DNA of 64,000 nucleotides. Source: the human T2T-CHM13v2.0 reference genome, Homo sapiens. Where the stretch lies: assembly GCF_009914755.1 (NCBI RefSeq), contig NC_060927.1. One strand, 5' to 3'. Shown one piece after another: positions 23,888-36,364 of the stretch; position 1 is the first letter of the stretch, and every line of letters begins with the position of its first letter. Below the pieces are notes generated by a model. That model was not told the DNA's origin and did not search any database. It worked only from the letters and a program-made list of their open reading frames with translations. A program made the position numbers and the translations under genes.

Positions 23888-26800
23888 AAAACTAAGGCCT
23901 AAAAATAAGAAGTGCTATTTTGTCTGACAGCAAAATAAATAAGTAGTTTTTAAAATAGTAAGCTGAAGTTTAATAATTATGTTAAAATTATAGTAACTTT
24001 TTTCTGCAGTAATTATTTTTGATAAAAATTAATGCAATTACATGACATAAAATTAAGATATAGTTTAGTAAGAAAAACACAAAACAATAACCATTGTAGA
24101 ATGAAAATAAGTTTTAATATATGAAAGACTTAAGAATCCTTTAATACATTAAACTGACTGATACTAGTGTTCTTTGCTGAATCATAGGTAACATATTTAT
24201 TGATTTTTAAAATAGGGTTAGCGTAGAATAAATGAAATTTATAATTTAATAGTCATCAACTTCACATTCATTTTGCATACCACAGGAGAAAAAAAGAAGC
24301 TCAGAAAGATTAAGTTCTAAGGATAATTGATTTTAAAATTGGGGCCAGAATTAGGACTCAAACGCATATTTTCTGAGGTCTAGCCCTTTGTATATTACAC
24401 CCTTGCTGAAGACTAAATTCGAGTGTGTGTCTTATTGGCAGTGAGAAGGCAGATTTGCCAATATGTAGTTTCTAAATCTTGCATTTATTTCTATACATTT
24501 TAAATTTAATTTAGAAATAGAACAGGGAGAGTAATGTTAGCAAGATGGTCAATCAGAGTTGTTTGGCACTCATCCCCACAAAAAGGGTTGTGGGGTTCCC
24601 CTCCAACATAACAAATGAACAACTATATTTCAGTGGAAGTTACTGAGGAAGTATGCTGGGGAACATAAGGGGAGTGATAAAAATCCCTGTGAAGCACAGA
24701 AACTCAGGATAGAACCATAAAAGAAGAGGGAGACACACAAACTCTACCAAATTGTTCCCTCACTGGGATTGGCTCATAGCCAGGAGGGGCTACTGCTTAT
24801 CGAGAAAAGGTAAGCTGGAGACACCAGTTGTCCCCATTACTACTGCAGATGCCTGCAGGCTGCTACGGGAGGGTCCTGCAAGCCTCACAGTCAACAAATT
24901 CTATCTGGGGAGCTTTCTGGAGTTCACATAGCTGTGTTGCCCTATACTAGGAGCCCATTTCGTATACCCACCAACTCCCGTGACCTAAGTTGGAACTGCA
25001 TAGTACCATCCTGAAACCAGACTGACTGCTAGAGTATGTCCTACTCTGGGGGCCAGTAGCCACTGTGTCTCTCCATCCCTGAGGCCCCAGCATCATTCCA
25101 CCATGCTCACAAGGAAGGCCACAGAACTACAACCCCAGCTACTTTAAGCTTAGGCCCAGTGGAATGGCCCAAATCCATGCAACATCCCCTCCTCCCTGGG
25201 AAACAGGCATATCTGCACAGCAAGAAAGCCAACAAGCAGCTGATTGGCCTGTGGTGCCTGTGTGCCTGACCCAACAGGAAGGATGGCAGCAGCCCCACCC
25301 ATTGAAGAACCCACCTCAGAGTTGGCCAGCCCACTATACCTATGTAAGCCATGCCTGACAGCCAGACTAGGGGTGGCCCTGCAGCCCTGGAAAGTCCACT
25401 ACATAGCCAGCTGGCCCACCATGCAAGTCTGTCTAAACAGTGAGGCTGGTAGCGTTGCCCCTAACAAAACTGAGCCATTACAATCACAAACTCCTGTAGC
25501 CTAGGCCACTGATGAAATTGCAGACATCATTGATGAGAATTATAGCTAATGAAACTGCAGAGAACCACACAGAACCAAAGATAATGGATCATACTCAACT
25601 GACATCCTAGACACACCTATAGGAAAAAGTCTCTCCTTACAAAAGTTAGCCCGTAAAGTTGGAAAAGATAACTGTTCCACCAGATATGCAGATATCAATG
25701 CAGAGATATAAGAAACATGAAAAAGTAAGGAAACATGACATTTCCAAAGGAAAATAATAATTCTACATTAACAGCCCCCCATAAAAAAATTTATGCAATT
25801 CCTGGAATTTAAAATAATGATTCTTTTTAAACTATGAGATATAAGAGAATATGGACAAACAATTCAATGAAATAAGAAAAATAATTTATTATCTGAATGA
25901 GAAATTCAACAGAGGGACAGATATAAAAAAAGAACAAAACAGATATCTTGGAGCTGAAGAATTCAATGAATAAAAGAAGTACAACTGAGAGGTTTAACAA
26001 CATACTAGCCATTTTGGCAGCATATGTATTTATGATTTGTATAGAAGAAACAGTTTCTAAATTTGAAGACAGTTCTTTTAAAGTAACCTAATTAGAGGGG
26101 AGAAAAAGTAAACAAAAATAAAAAGCAATAAAGAAAGTCTACTTATGGGACACCATTAAGTGAATGAATATTTGCATTATAAGAATGCCAGAGGGAGAAG
26201 ATATAAAGAAAGGCAGAAATATTGAAATAGTATGTGGAAACTTCCCAGTCTTAGCAAACATATGAACAACCAGATTTAGAAACTCTAAGACTCCCAATTA
26301 GATTACAACAAAAATGATCTACTCCAAGGTACATTATAATCCATCTATCAAAAGTCAAAGACAAGGCAAGAATTCTGAAAACTGAAATGGAATAGTGTCA
26401 AGTCACATATAAGAGAATTCTATTATACTGTCAGCAGATCAATCATTAGAAACCTTGCAGCCCAGTAGAGAATGGTATGACATATTCAAAGTGCTGAAAG
26501 AAAAAAAAAATACTGGCAACCAAGAATACTATATCAGCGAAGCTGTCCTTCAGCAATGAAGGAGAAATAAAAACCTTCCCAAATAAGCAAAATCTGAGGG
26601 AATTCATCACCACTACACTAGTCTTTACAGAAATGCTTAAGATGATAGTGCTACAACTGAAAGTGAAGATAATTACTATTATGGAAACACATGAAAATAT
26701 AAAACTCACCAGTAGAGGGCAGCTCATAACCAAAATCAGAATATCCCAGTGCTATAATAGTGCTATGTCAATCTTTTAATCTTCTGATATAAAGTTTAAA

Positions 26801-29800
26801 AACCAAAGGGGTCAAAAAACAACTTCTACAATTAGTCATTAAGAAAAACAATAGATAAAGACACACATTAAGGCAACAAATATATAAATTACAGGGAGGG
26901 GTCAGGAAAAAATGTCTAGAGTATTTTTATGTGACCAAAATTAAGTTGCTCTCATCTTAGAATAGTCGATTATAACTACAAGAACCTTTATGTTAGCTTC
27001 ATGGTATCCACAAAGAAAGAAATTACAACAGGTACACAAATGAGAAAGGGAAAGGAAGCAAAGCTTAGCACAGCAGAAAACCACCCAGCCATAGTGGTAA
27101 ATAATAAAAGAGAAAAAAAGAACAAAGAGTCTATACAACAATCAGAAAACAATTAACAAAATGTCAAGGGCAATTCATTGCCTCTCAATAATAACCTTAA
27201 ATGTAAATGGATTAAATTCTTCAATTTAAAGATTGCATTGTTGAAAGGATTTTGAAAAACTAAGAACCAACTGTATATTGCGTACAAGACACTCACTATT
27301 AAAGATAAACCCAGACTGAAAATGAGAGGATAAACAAAGATACTCCATGGAAAAGAAAACCAAAAGCAAAAGGAGTGGCCATATTTATGTTAGATAAAGT
27401 ACACTTTAAGTCAAAAACTGTAAAAAGAGACAAAGAAGGTCATTATATTTAATAAAGGGAGAAATTCAACAAAAGGATATACCAATGATAAATATATATG
27501 CACACAACACCAGAGTGTCTAAATACATAAAGCAAATATCAGATCTAAAGGGAGAGATAGACTACAATGCAATAATCACAGGAAATTTCAACTTCCCACT
27601 TTTAACAATAGATAGGTTGTCTAGATATAAAATCAGCAAAGAAACATCAAACTTAAGCTCCACCATAGTCAAAATGAATCTAACATATACTTACAGAACA
27701 TTCCCTCCAATAATTGCAGAATATACCTTCTTCTCAGTTGCACATGAAACATTCTCAAGGACACAAAACATGTTTCAACATATTTAAGGTAGAGAGTATA
27801 TCAAGTATCTTTTTTGAACACAATGGTATAAAGCTAGAAATGAACAACAAGAAAATTTTAGAAACTTTACAAGTATGTGAAAATTAAACAAATTGCTTTT
27901 ATATCACCAATGGATCAAGGAATAAATTAAAAAGAAATTTAACAAATTCCTTGAGACAAATGAGAATGAAAGCACGTCGTTTCAAATCCTATGATATACA
28001 ATGAAAGCAGTTCAAACAAGGTAAGCTTATAGTAATAAACACCTATCACATAAAAAGAGAAAGCTTTCAAATAAACAACCTAACGATGAACCTCAAAGAA
28101 ATAGGAAAGCAAGAAAAAAATATATAAATTGGTAGAAGGGAAAAATTAATAAAGCCTAAAACATAAATAAATGGACACAAGAAAAACAGTTCAAAAGATC
28201 ATTGAAGAGAATTGTTGATTATTTTGGAAAAAATAAACAAAATTTACAAACCTTCAGCCAGACTAAGAAAAAAGAGAAAACTCAAATTAGTAAAATCAGA
28301 GATAAAAAAAGAGACAATACAACTGATACTACAGACATACAAGAGATCATAAAAGACTATTGTGAAGAATTTTACACCAACAAATTTGGTAACCTAAAAA
28401 AGAAAAGATAAATTACTGGACACATACAACCTACCAAAATTAAGTTGAAAATCATAACAGACCAATAATGAGCAAGAAAATTGAATTAGTAAAAAGTCTT
28501 CCATCAAAGAAAAGCCCAGGATCTGGTGGCTTCACTGATGAATTCTACCAAACATTTTAAGAAGACTAATAACAGGTTTTTTTGAACTATTTTAGAAAAT
28601 TAAAGAGGGGAGAATATTTTCAAATTCATTTTACAAAGCCAGCATTACATTGATGTAAAAACAAGACAAAGACACAAGAAAAAAAATAAATAAACTGCAG
28701 GTCAATACACCTAACAAACATAGATGCAAAAATTCTTAACAAAATGATAGCAAACTAAATTCAACAGCACATCAAAAAGATCATTCACTATGATCAAGCG
28801 GGATTCATCCTAGGGATGGAAGGATGTTTTAACATAACATACACAAATCAATAAATGTGGCACAACACATTAACAGAAAGAAAGACAAAAACAATGTGAT
28901 CATTTCAATAGACACAGAAAATGGATTTGACAAAATTTAACATCCTTTTATAATAAAACTCTCAACAAATTAGGTTCAGAAGCAGTGTACCTCGACCCAA
29001 TAAAGGCCATACAAATGACAGACTCACAGCTAAGATCACATTTAATGGGGAAAACCCAAAAGATTTTCCCTTAAGATTAGAAATAAGACAAGGATGTTCA
29101 TTTTCACTACTTCTATTCAATATAGTACTGGAAGTTCTAACTAGAGCAATTAGACAACAGAAATAAAATAAATAAATAAATAAATAAATATAGATTAGAA
29201 AGGAGAAAGGCAAAATATCTCTCTTTTTACAAGTGACATGATGTTACAGAAGGAAAACACTAAAGATTATACCAGAAAACTGTTAGAACTAATAAACAAA
29301 TTTAGTAATATTGCAGGACAGAAAATCAACATACAAAAATTAGTTGTGATTTTATAGACAAAGGTTAACTATTTGAAAAAGAAATCAAGAAAATAATTTC
29401 ATTTACAATAGCAACAGAACAGAAAGATACCTTGGAATAAACCAGAGGCTTGATAGGTATTTACACTAAAAACTATGAAACATCAATGAAAGAAATTGAA
29501 GAGGACATATAGAAATGAAAAGATAAACTCTGTGTTCATGGGTTGAAAGAATTAATATTGTTTAATTGGCCATATTACCCAAAACTGTCTACAGATTTAA
29601 TGCAATCTATATCAAAATACCAATGACATGCGTCACAGAAATAATTTTTTAAAAATCTCTAAAACTTATGTGGAACCACAAAAGACCCAAAATGTCCACA
29701 GCAATCTTAAACAAAAAGAACAAAGCTAGAGGCATCACATTACTTGACTTCAAAAGACATCACCTAACTCCCATTACAATGGCTATGATTAAAAAGACAA

Positions 29801-30155
29801 AAGAAAACAAGGTTGGTGAGGATGTGGAGAAAAGAGAACTCTTGGTGGTAATATAAAGTAGTAAAGCAATTACAAAAAACAGGATGCAGGTTCCTAAAAA
29901 AGTTAAATGTGGGACCATATGATCCACAAATTCTACTGAATATATACATACGAAGGAAATAAAATCAATATGTCAGAGACATCTGCACTTCCATGTTTAT
30001 TGCAACACTATTTATAATAGCCAAGACTTGGAATCAACCTAAATGTTCAACAAATAGTAAATGTATACATATTTACACAATTGAATATTATTCAGCAATA
30101 AAGAAATGAAACTGTGTCATTTCAGACCAAATGGTTGAATACGGAGGACTTTAAA

Positions 30156-30531
30156 TGTATTCGTCTGTTCTTAGGCTGTTAATAAAGATATACCCAAGAC
30201 TGGGTAATTTATAAAGGAAAGGGGTTTTATTGACTCACCATTCAGCATGGCTGGGGAGGCCTCAAGAAACTTACAATCATGGCAGAAGGGGAAGCAAACA
30301 CGTCCTTCTTCGCATGGCAACAGCAAGGAGAAGAATGAGTGCCCAGTGAAGGGAGAAGCCCTTCACAAAACTATCAGATCTTGTAAGAACTAACTCACTA
30401 TCACCAGAAAGGATGGGGGAAACCGCCTCCCATGATTCAGTTATCTCCATTGGTTCCTCTTACAACACAGGGTATTATGGGAACTACAATTCAAGAAGAG
30501 ATTTGGGTGAGGACACAGCCTAACCATATGA
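30156..30531 (-). mobile_element. THE1 solo LTR inserted in the L1MA 3' region
   Basis: tgtattcgtctgttcttaggctgttaataaaga ... gaggacacagcctaaccatat. Confidence 0.9.
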
Positions 30532-30778
30532 TATCATGTTAAGTGAAATAAATAAGACACAGAACGACAAACACCAAATGATCTCATTCAGATGTAGAAT
30601 CTAAATAAATACGTTGCTCTTACGGAAGTAGATAGTAGAACACTGTTTTACCAGAGATGATTTGGAAGGGGAAAATGGAGAGAGGTTTGTCAATGGGCAC
30701 AGAGTTACAATTAAATAGAAGAAATAAGTTCTGTTGTTCGATTGCATGGTAGGGTTACTAAGGTTAACAGTAAGTTGT

Positions 30779-31495
30779 TGTTAAATGAATTTTTGTTGTT
30801 GTTTTTTTTTTTTTTTTTGAGATGGAGCTTTACTCTGTCACCCAGGCTGAAGTGCAGAGGTGCAATCTCAGCTCACTGCAACCTCCGCCTCCCCAGTGCA
30901 AGGGATTCTCCTGCCTCAGCCTCCTGAGTAGCTGGGACTACAGGTGCATGCCACGACACCCAGCTAATTTTTCATATATTTAGTAGAGATGGGTTTCACC
31001 ATGTTGGCCAGGCTGGTTTCGAACTCCTGACCTCAGGTTGATCCACCCACCTAGGCCTCCCAAAGTGCTGGGATTACAGGCGTAAGCCACCATGCCTGGA
31101 CATTAAATGAAATTTAACCTAAAGCTGCATTCTTACATATTTTAAGTTGAGCCTAAGAGTCTCTTCCTACATAGTGAACTGTAACCTAAGTGGATATGTA
31201 ACCAGATTATAATTTAACCTTGTGCCAATCACTGGGTTTCAGCTAATCAAAGCAGCCAGTTATCCAAATCGTGTTCAAATAAGGCAAACACCAAGCTGTA
31301 ACCAATCTCGCTGTTTCTGTGTCTCACTTCTGTTTTCAGTACTTCATTTTTCTTTTTCTGTCCATAAATCTTCTACGTGGCTGCACTGGAGTCCCCTGAG
31401 CCTACTCTGGCTCAGAAGGCTCCCTGCTTTGCAAATGGTTCTTTGCTCAATTAAACTTTATTAAATTGAATTTGTCTAAGATTTTTCTTTTAACA
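30779..31495 (+). mobile_element. MER57-like ERV1 solo LTR, split by an Alu
   Basis: tgttaaatgaa|aatttaacctaaagctgc..tacatattttaagtt ... tttttcttttaaca. Confidence 0.8.
30790..31101 (-). mobile_element. AluS inserted about 10 bp into the MER57
   Basis: Antisense Alu; TSD ttaaatgaa at 30781-30789 and 31103-31111. Confidence 0.93.
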
Positions 31496-32099
31496 TTACA
31501 AAACAGCTAGGACTGATGTCTTTGAACATTCTCATCACAAAGAAATGATAAATGCATGAGGTAATGAATATGCTAACTACCCTGATTTGATATTTATGCA
31601 ATGTATACATGTATTGAAAATCAAATGGTACCCCATAAATATGTACAAATATAATGTGTCAATTTAGAAAAAGGAAAAAATAGAACTTGGGAAGAAATAT
31701 ATCTTCTAAGAAGATGGCATTTTAGGAAAACAATCTCTACTAAACTTATTTTCAAATGTTTATAAATTGCATAATTTACTTTGAAAGAGGTATGAATGAC
31801 TTAAAATTCAGAGTATCAAGACTTCTAAGTTATTAATTGATATGTAAATACATATGCTACATTATGAAATATAACATGTTAATAAATATATACCTATTGA
31901 AAAAGTGTATACGTTTATTTCTAAGAAATATAAACTCTAGTACAATTCTATTCCTATTTGACCAGATGTCTCCTCACAACCTAGGTGTTTGTTTTAATCA
32001 TCTCTCTTCCTGCTAGACTAACTTGACATGTATAAATTCTCTACTAATGCAATTAAACTGACCTGCGTAAGAGACAAAATAGCCAATGACAAATCTATT

Positions 32100-32885
32100 A
32101 CTAAGATCTTGCATTAGTGTGGTACATTTGTTACAATTAAAGAACCAATAGTCACATATTATTTTAACTATAGTCCATGGCTTACATTAATTTTCATTCC
32201 TTTTATCATACAGTTCTATGGGTGTTGATATACAAACTGCATATACCTACAGTTTCATGAAAAATAGCTTCACCTGTGATTCACCTATTTATCCTTTCTC
32301 TTCCTCCTCACAAGCCTCTGGCAATGACTGATTTTCTTTTTTTTTTTTTTTTTTACAGTCTCTATAGTTTTTCTCTTTCTAAAATCCCATATGGTTAAAC
32401 TCATACAGTATATAGACTTTTCAGATGGGCTTCTTTCACTTAGCAAAATGCATTTGATGTTTCCCTGTGTCTTTTCATGGCTTGATAGTTCATTTTGTCT
32501 TCTTGATATGCCATTACACTAATATATCATAGTTTGTTTATCCATTTGCTTACTGAAGGGCATCTTGGTTGTTTCTAGGTTTTGGTGATTATAAACAAAG
32601 CCACTGTAAACAGGTTTTTGTGTGGATGTTAGATTTTCACCTCACTCAAGTAAATACCTAAAAGCATAATTGCTAGGTCATATGGTAAGAATACGTTATG
32701 ATTTATAAAAACCTGCCAAACCATTTTCCACAATGGTTGTATCATTTTGTAATCTTGTCAGAAGAAATAAGTGTTCCTGTTGCTGTGCCTCCTTGTCGAT
32801 ATTTGGTGTTGGCAATGTGTTGGGATGTGATACATCCATTCTAACAGGTGCATATTTCATTGTTGTTTTAATGGGCAGTTCACAT
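32100..32885 (-). mobile_element. L1MC/L1MB-like 3' fragment
   Basis: 'cattagtgtggtacatttgttacaatt', 'gggcatcttggttgtttctaggttttgg', 'cctgccaaaccattttccacaatggttgt'. Confidence 0.75.
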
Positions 32886-32911
32886 GTGTATTTTTTTTTC
32901 CTTTTCTACAG

Positions 32912-32995
32912 CCGTATTATTCCAACACTTCCACTTGTTGAATCGATGGCCTATGTTGCTTCATTGGGACGGCAGAACCAGGTCTTGACCATAAA
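32912..32995 (+). other. Candidate 84-nt internal exon (lncRNA or unknown gene)
   Basis: Strong acceptor ttttttttccttttctacAG| and donor AAA|GTAAGT; one of three frames open. Confidence 0.4.
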
Positions 32996-33255
32996 GTAAG
33001 TCTTTAATTCCAGGCTTTTATATATGGGAGAAGAGTAATTTTTTAAATCCACAAGAAATCCTTCACATATTATGAATATATATGGGGCATTATGTCAAAC
33101 CACAGTGTGAAGGGAGAACATGCCATCTGGAGTGGGGGTTTGGAGGCACCGGGAAATGCCTCTGCTTTGAGGAGTCGTCGTCCAGGATTTGAGAGAGATT
33201 TAAAGTTTATTGTTCTAGAGAAGGCTTTCATTACCCAAGATTTCCCCTTCCCCAG

Positions 33256-33293
33256 GCTCTTAGCCACAGAAGAAGGGGCGAGGAGGCAGCAAG
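33256..33293 (+). other. Candidate 38-nt exon
   Basis: Acceptor tttccccttccccAG|, purine-rich body, donor AAG|GTGAGT. Confidence 0.3.
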
Positions 33294-33757
33294 GTGAGTG
33301 AGTTGATAGGAAAGGGCTGAAGGAAAATGCTTGAAAATACTGTCAGGGCTCTGGTTGCTTGAGCCTTGCCTCCCACTACTCCACCAGCAGAGAGCAGCAG
33401 AAGAGAAGCAATGGAATGGGAAGAGCTCCTCTATAACTTGTGGAGGGGTTCATTTCTCATAGGTGCCATGGGTTCTGCAACCAGCAACACCTGGGAAAGC
33501 AGCATCTTATTCTAAGTCAGAGAGAGGCTGAGTCCACTTGCCATGTCCAAGTGGGGCACCTTTGTTCTCACTCGCAGAAATATATAGTATGAGCCTGTAG
33601 TGCCATAGATGGTAGATGAAGATGGTCTCTACAGACATTGGTCAGTGTTAGCTCTCCTCAGCAGGTATATGGCAGAAACAGTCAGCAGACGTATGGTGGA
33701 AACTCAGAAAGGACAGGATCAATACACAGAAGGTAGTGGGGAATGAAGAATAGGGCT

Positions 33758-34078
33758 GACTGGGGACAGTGGTTCATGCCTGTAATCCCAGCACTTTGGG
33801 ACGCCAAGGCGGGAGGAATGCTTGAGCCCAAAAGTTTGAGACCAACTTGGGCGACATAGTGAGACCCCTTCTCTATAAAAAACAAAAACAAACAAACAAA
33901 ATAGCTGAGGGTGGTGGTGTGTGACTGTGGTTCCAGCTACTCAGTAGGCTGAGGTGGGAGTATCACTTAAGCCCAGGAGGCCGAGGCTGCAGTGAGCCGT
34001 GATCATGCCTCTATACTCCAAACTGGATGGCAGAGTTAGTAAGACCATGTCTCAGTAAAAAAAAAAAAAAAGTAAGAA
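33758..34078 (+). mobile_element. AluJ
   Basis: AluJ diagnostics ('gcttgagcccaaaagtttgag', 'gtgagccgtgatcatgcc'); TSD aagaata(g/a)ggct at 33746-33757 and 34079-34090. Confidence 0.93.
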
Positions 34079-34403
34079 AAGAATAAGGCTCAGGGCAAAA
34101 GTACCATGGCAGAGGCTGGTGGTGGACATTACCAATGTGGGAGATTAAAGAGTCCCAGAAAGCCAGCAGAGTCAGCAAGATTCAAGATGGAGGCCTAGTC
34201 ATTGGGCCATCTGGCTAAGCTCCATGAACACTATTATTGTCTATCCACACCCTTGCGGATCTCAGGAACAATCAACACACGACAGTAGCTACAGACACAT
34301 CAGTCCAGACCCAGAGAGAACAGAACTTATGTCCATAACTCAAGTGACATATGGTGTTCTCCAATCAGAGGTCACAGAAGCAAGCCAAAATGAACATGGA
34401 GGT

Positions 34404-34804
34404 TGATAGAGTTTGGATATTTGTCCCCATCCAAATCTCATATTGAAATATCATCTTCAATATTGGAGATAAGGCCTGGTGGTAGGTATTTGAGTTATGG
34501 AGGTGAATCCCTCGTGGCTTGGTGCTGTCCTCTTAATAATGAGTTCTTGAGAGCTCTAGGTGTTGTAAAGTGTGGCACCTCCCCTCCGATCTCACTCTGT
34601 TCTTACTCTCACCATGTGAGAGGCCTGTCCCCCCGACCTTCTGCCATGATTGGAAGCTTCCTGAGGCCTCTGCAGAAGCTGAGTAGATGCCAGTGCCATG
34701 CTTCCTGTACAGCATACAGAACTGTGAACCAATTAAACGTCTTTTCTTTATAAATTACCCCGTCTCAGGTATGTTTTATAGCAATGCAAGAGCAGCCTAA
34801 CACA
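34404..34804 (+). mobile_element. MST (MaLR) solo LTR
   Basis: tgatagagtttggatatttgtcccc..aaatctca ... tttatagcaatgcaagagcagcctaacaca; TSD gaggt/gagat. Confidence 0.9.
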
Positions 34805-35034
34805 GAGATCCTTGCTTCTTCTATGAGAATGAGTAAACTTACCTTGAATACGGTAACACCCAGGAAAAGGGCAAAGAGGAGGTAGAAGGGGGAGAAACCT
34901 GAAATACCAAGCAGTTATCCAAATGATGCTGAGGTTACCTGAAATAAACTGTTTTATACTGGAAGCAACAGAAATATCTTGAAGAGATCCATTCAGGATT
35001 TTTGTCTTTCTCCCCAATACTGAGCAAGAAAAAA

Positions 35035-35234
35035 TAATAGCAAATACTTAGGCAACATTTACTATCTAATAGGAACTATTCTGCGTGTTTCAAATATATT
35101 AACCTATTTAATCCTTACAAGAACCCTGTGAAATTATTATACCCATTTCACAAATGAGACCCACAGAGATTGAGCAAATTACACAAAGTTATCCAGCTAG
35201 TAAGTTTCAGAGCCAGAATTTAATTCAGGCTCTT
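35035..35234 (-). mobile_element. MIR
   Basis: 'attattatacccatttcacaaatgagacccacagagattgagcaaattacacaaagt'. Confidence 0.65.
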
Positions 35235-35248
35235 AGCCACAATGCTAT

Positions 35249-35426
35249 TTTTAAGCTTTGTTTCTTTTTATTTTATTTAGAAACATGGTCTCACTCTGTT
35301 GCCCAGGCTGAAGTGCATTGGTATAATCATGGCTCACTGCAGCCTCAAACTCCTGGGCTCAAACAATCCTCCTGCCTCAGTCTCCTGAGTGGCTGAAACT
35401 AGAGGTGTGAGCCACTGAGCCCGGCC
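35249..35426 (-). mobile_element. Free Alu monomer (FAM/FRAM) with TSD
   Basis: Single monomer; TSD agccac(a/t)atgctat at 35235-35248 and 35427-35440. Confidence 0.85.
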
Positions 35427-35699
35427 AGCCACTATGCTATGTTGCCTACCTAAGGCATAATAAACCCAGTGACGGAAAATAAAGTTTTTGTGGTCATTGT
35501 TTTGTTGTTACACATATGAATTGTAGCAAATGCACCATGATCCCTACTATAGAAATGCAAGAGAATAATTTCAATAACAATGATAAAGATTGGTGCGTAG
35601 ATGTACTCAGGTTAATGGGGGCACAAGAAAGAGGGAAATGGATTTGTAAATACATTCCTGCAGAGGGTAACACATGAGCTGGGTCTCAGAAAAAGAGAT

Positions 35700-35875
35700 C
35701 TGTGGTTCTGAAAGTTGACTGTGTGCTAGAATTAACAGGAAGGCTTTGCTAAAACATGAAATACTGGGGACCATCCAGAGTTTCTGATTCTGAGATCTAA
35801 GCTAGAGCCATATCACTTGCATCTCTAACAGGTTCCTAGGTGCTGGTGACACAGAGGGATCACTCTTCGAACCAG
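35700..35875. mobile_element. MER5A-like DNA transposon
   Basis: 'gtggttctgaaagttgactg..cagagtttctgattc..tgcatctctaacaggttcctaggtgctggtg'. Confidence 0.65.
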
Positions 35876-35951
35876 AGTTAGATGGAAAAGAACATTGGGA
35901 AAGAAACACTGGGAAAGAAAGCAGGTTGAGTGGAGGATTAAATATGATTAG

Positions 35952-36364
35952 TTTCATGCGCGTCCGTGTGAAGAGACCACCAAACAGGCTTTGTGTGAGC
36001 AACATGGCTGTTTATTTCACCTGGGTGCAGGTGGGCTGAGTCGGAAAAGAGAGTCAGCGAAGGGAGATAGGGGTGGGGCCTTTAATAGGATTTGGGAAGG
36101 TAAAGGAAAATTACAGTCAAAGGGGGGTTGTTCTCTGGCGGGCAGGTGTGGGGGTCACAAGGTGTTCAGTAGGGGAGTTTTTGAGCCAGGATGAGCCAGG
36201 AGAAGGAATTTCACAAGACAATGTCATCGGTTAAGGCAGGGACAGGCCATTTTCACTTCTTTTGTGGTGGAATGTCATCAGTTAAGGCAGGAACTGGCCA
36301 TCTGGATGTGTATGTGCAGGTCACAGGGGATATGATGGCTTAGCTTGGGCTCAGAGGCCTGACA
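35952..36364 (-). mobile_element. Solo LTR7 (HERV-H)
   Basis: Complete LTR from tttcatgcgcgtccgtgtg to gaggcctgaca; no PBS or PPT adjacent. Confidence 0.96.

Larger units (their letters stand above)
24524..31675 (+). mobile_element. Near full-length old L1 (L1MA4/5-like) with 5'UTR, decayed ORF1 (about 25.7-26.65 kb) and ORF2 (about 27.15-30.1 kb)
   Basis: 5' start 'gggagag..caagatgg'; endonuclease motifs (INIYAHN, GNFNFPL) and RT motifs; L1MA-type 3' end; probable TSD a(g/a)aaatagaac at 24513-24523 and 31676-31686. Confidence 0.9.
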
